Program-made: the position numbers and the translations under genes
Notes under the pieces: model-generated
What the model was told of the DNA's origin: nothing
The model's input: only the letters and a program-made list of their open reading frames with translations
The model's database searches: none
Origin: Squalus acanthias
Lineage: Eukaryota
Direction of reading: 5' to 3'
Length of the DNA stretch: 64,000 nt
Assembly (NCBI GenBank): GCA_030390025.1
Contig: CM059433.1
Location: 24,306,001-24,370,000, forward strand
In this document: one piece after another, positions 63,498 to 64,000 of the stretch
Layout: each line of letters begins with the position of its first letter
Position numbering within the stretch: the stretch's first letter is position 1

Positions 63498-63899
63498 CTG
63501 CAAGACAAATCAGAACTGGAGTTAGAAAATATATAACCAGCAGTCAAACAAAATTTCACTCAAATACAAATTCAACTGTGAAGGAAAGTTACATTCTAAA
63601 GATGCTATATAAAAGCAAGTTTAAAAAAAAATAAATGTTAACACATTTTGGCAAAAGATTTGGTGCGATACTGGAAATGCTTTGTACTGTTGATAATTTA
63701 TACGCAGTCTATATCCATTTGATGAGCAGTTAACTGTCACATTGCAAAACTGTAGGATATTTTACCACTGTCGGCTATTTTTAAACCAAACCAAGAGTAT
63801 GTGACTGTTAAAGAATGGATCAATTTAAACTAGTCTACTTCTGCACTAAAAAAACACGCCAGGAGAAAGTATCACCCATTATCCTTAATAGGTCAGTAT

Positions 63900-64000
63900 G
63901 AGCTAGATAGTAGGAACAAAAGTAGGCCTGCTCTGCCATTCAATTCATGACTAATCTGCACTTTAACACCATTTTCCCATTTTTGCTCCATATCCCTTGA
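63900..64000 (-). mobile_element. CR1-type 3' tail fragment
   Basis: Resembles 2315-2420 (gcctgctctgccattcaattcatg...ttgctccatatccc). Confidence 0.6.

Overview
Vertebrate genomic DNA, almost certainly from a cartilaginous fish (shark-type CR1/HER1 LINEs, a V-SINE/HE1, Deu-domain SINEs). The only host coding sequence is the last two exons of GCLC (minus strand, 62359-62567 and 63377-63497). Near 6.8-7.0 kb there is a minus-strand TATA/SRE promoter and a non-coding first exon, by synteny probably ELOVL5. A ~3.9-kb polypyrimidine tract and an SRE+CCAAT module lie upstream of it. The rest is densely nested transposons: CR1, L2 and RTE LINEs, a second single-ORF CR1-group LINE family, a near-complete CsRN1-like Gypsy element, a 1.7-kb solo LTR, PIF/Harbinger MITEs with a Myb/SANT-coding remnant, and Penelope-like termini. 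The most notable observations are: (1) a ~3.2-kb LINE with a tRNA-like A/B-box head and no TTTT on its sense strand, a candidate Pol III-transcribed protein-coding retroelement; (2) a TPP2 exon-1 fragment next to a hAT terminus, a candidate gene capture; (3) an intact minimal hammerhead ribozyme motif. Coordinates were read by eye, so boundaries of decayed repeats are approximate. No database searches were run.
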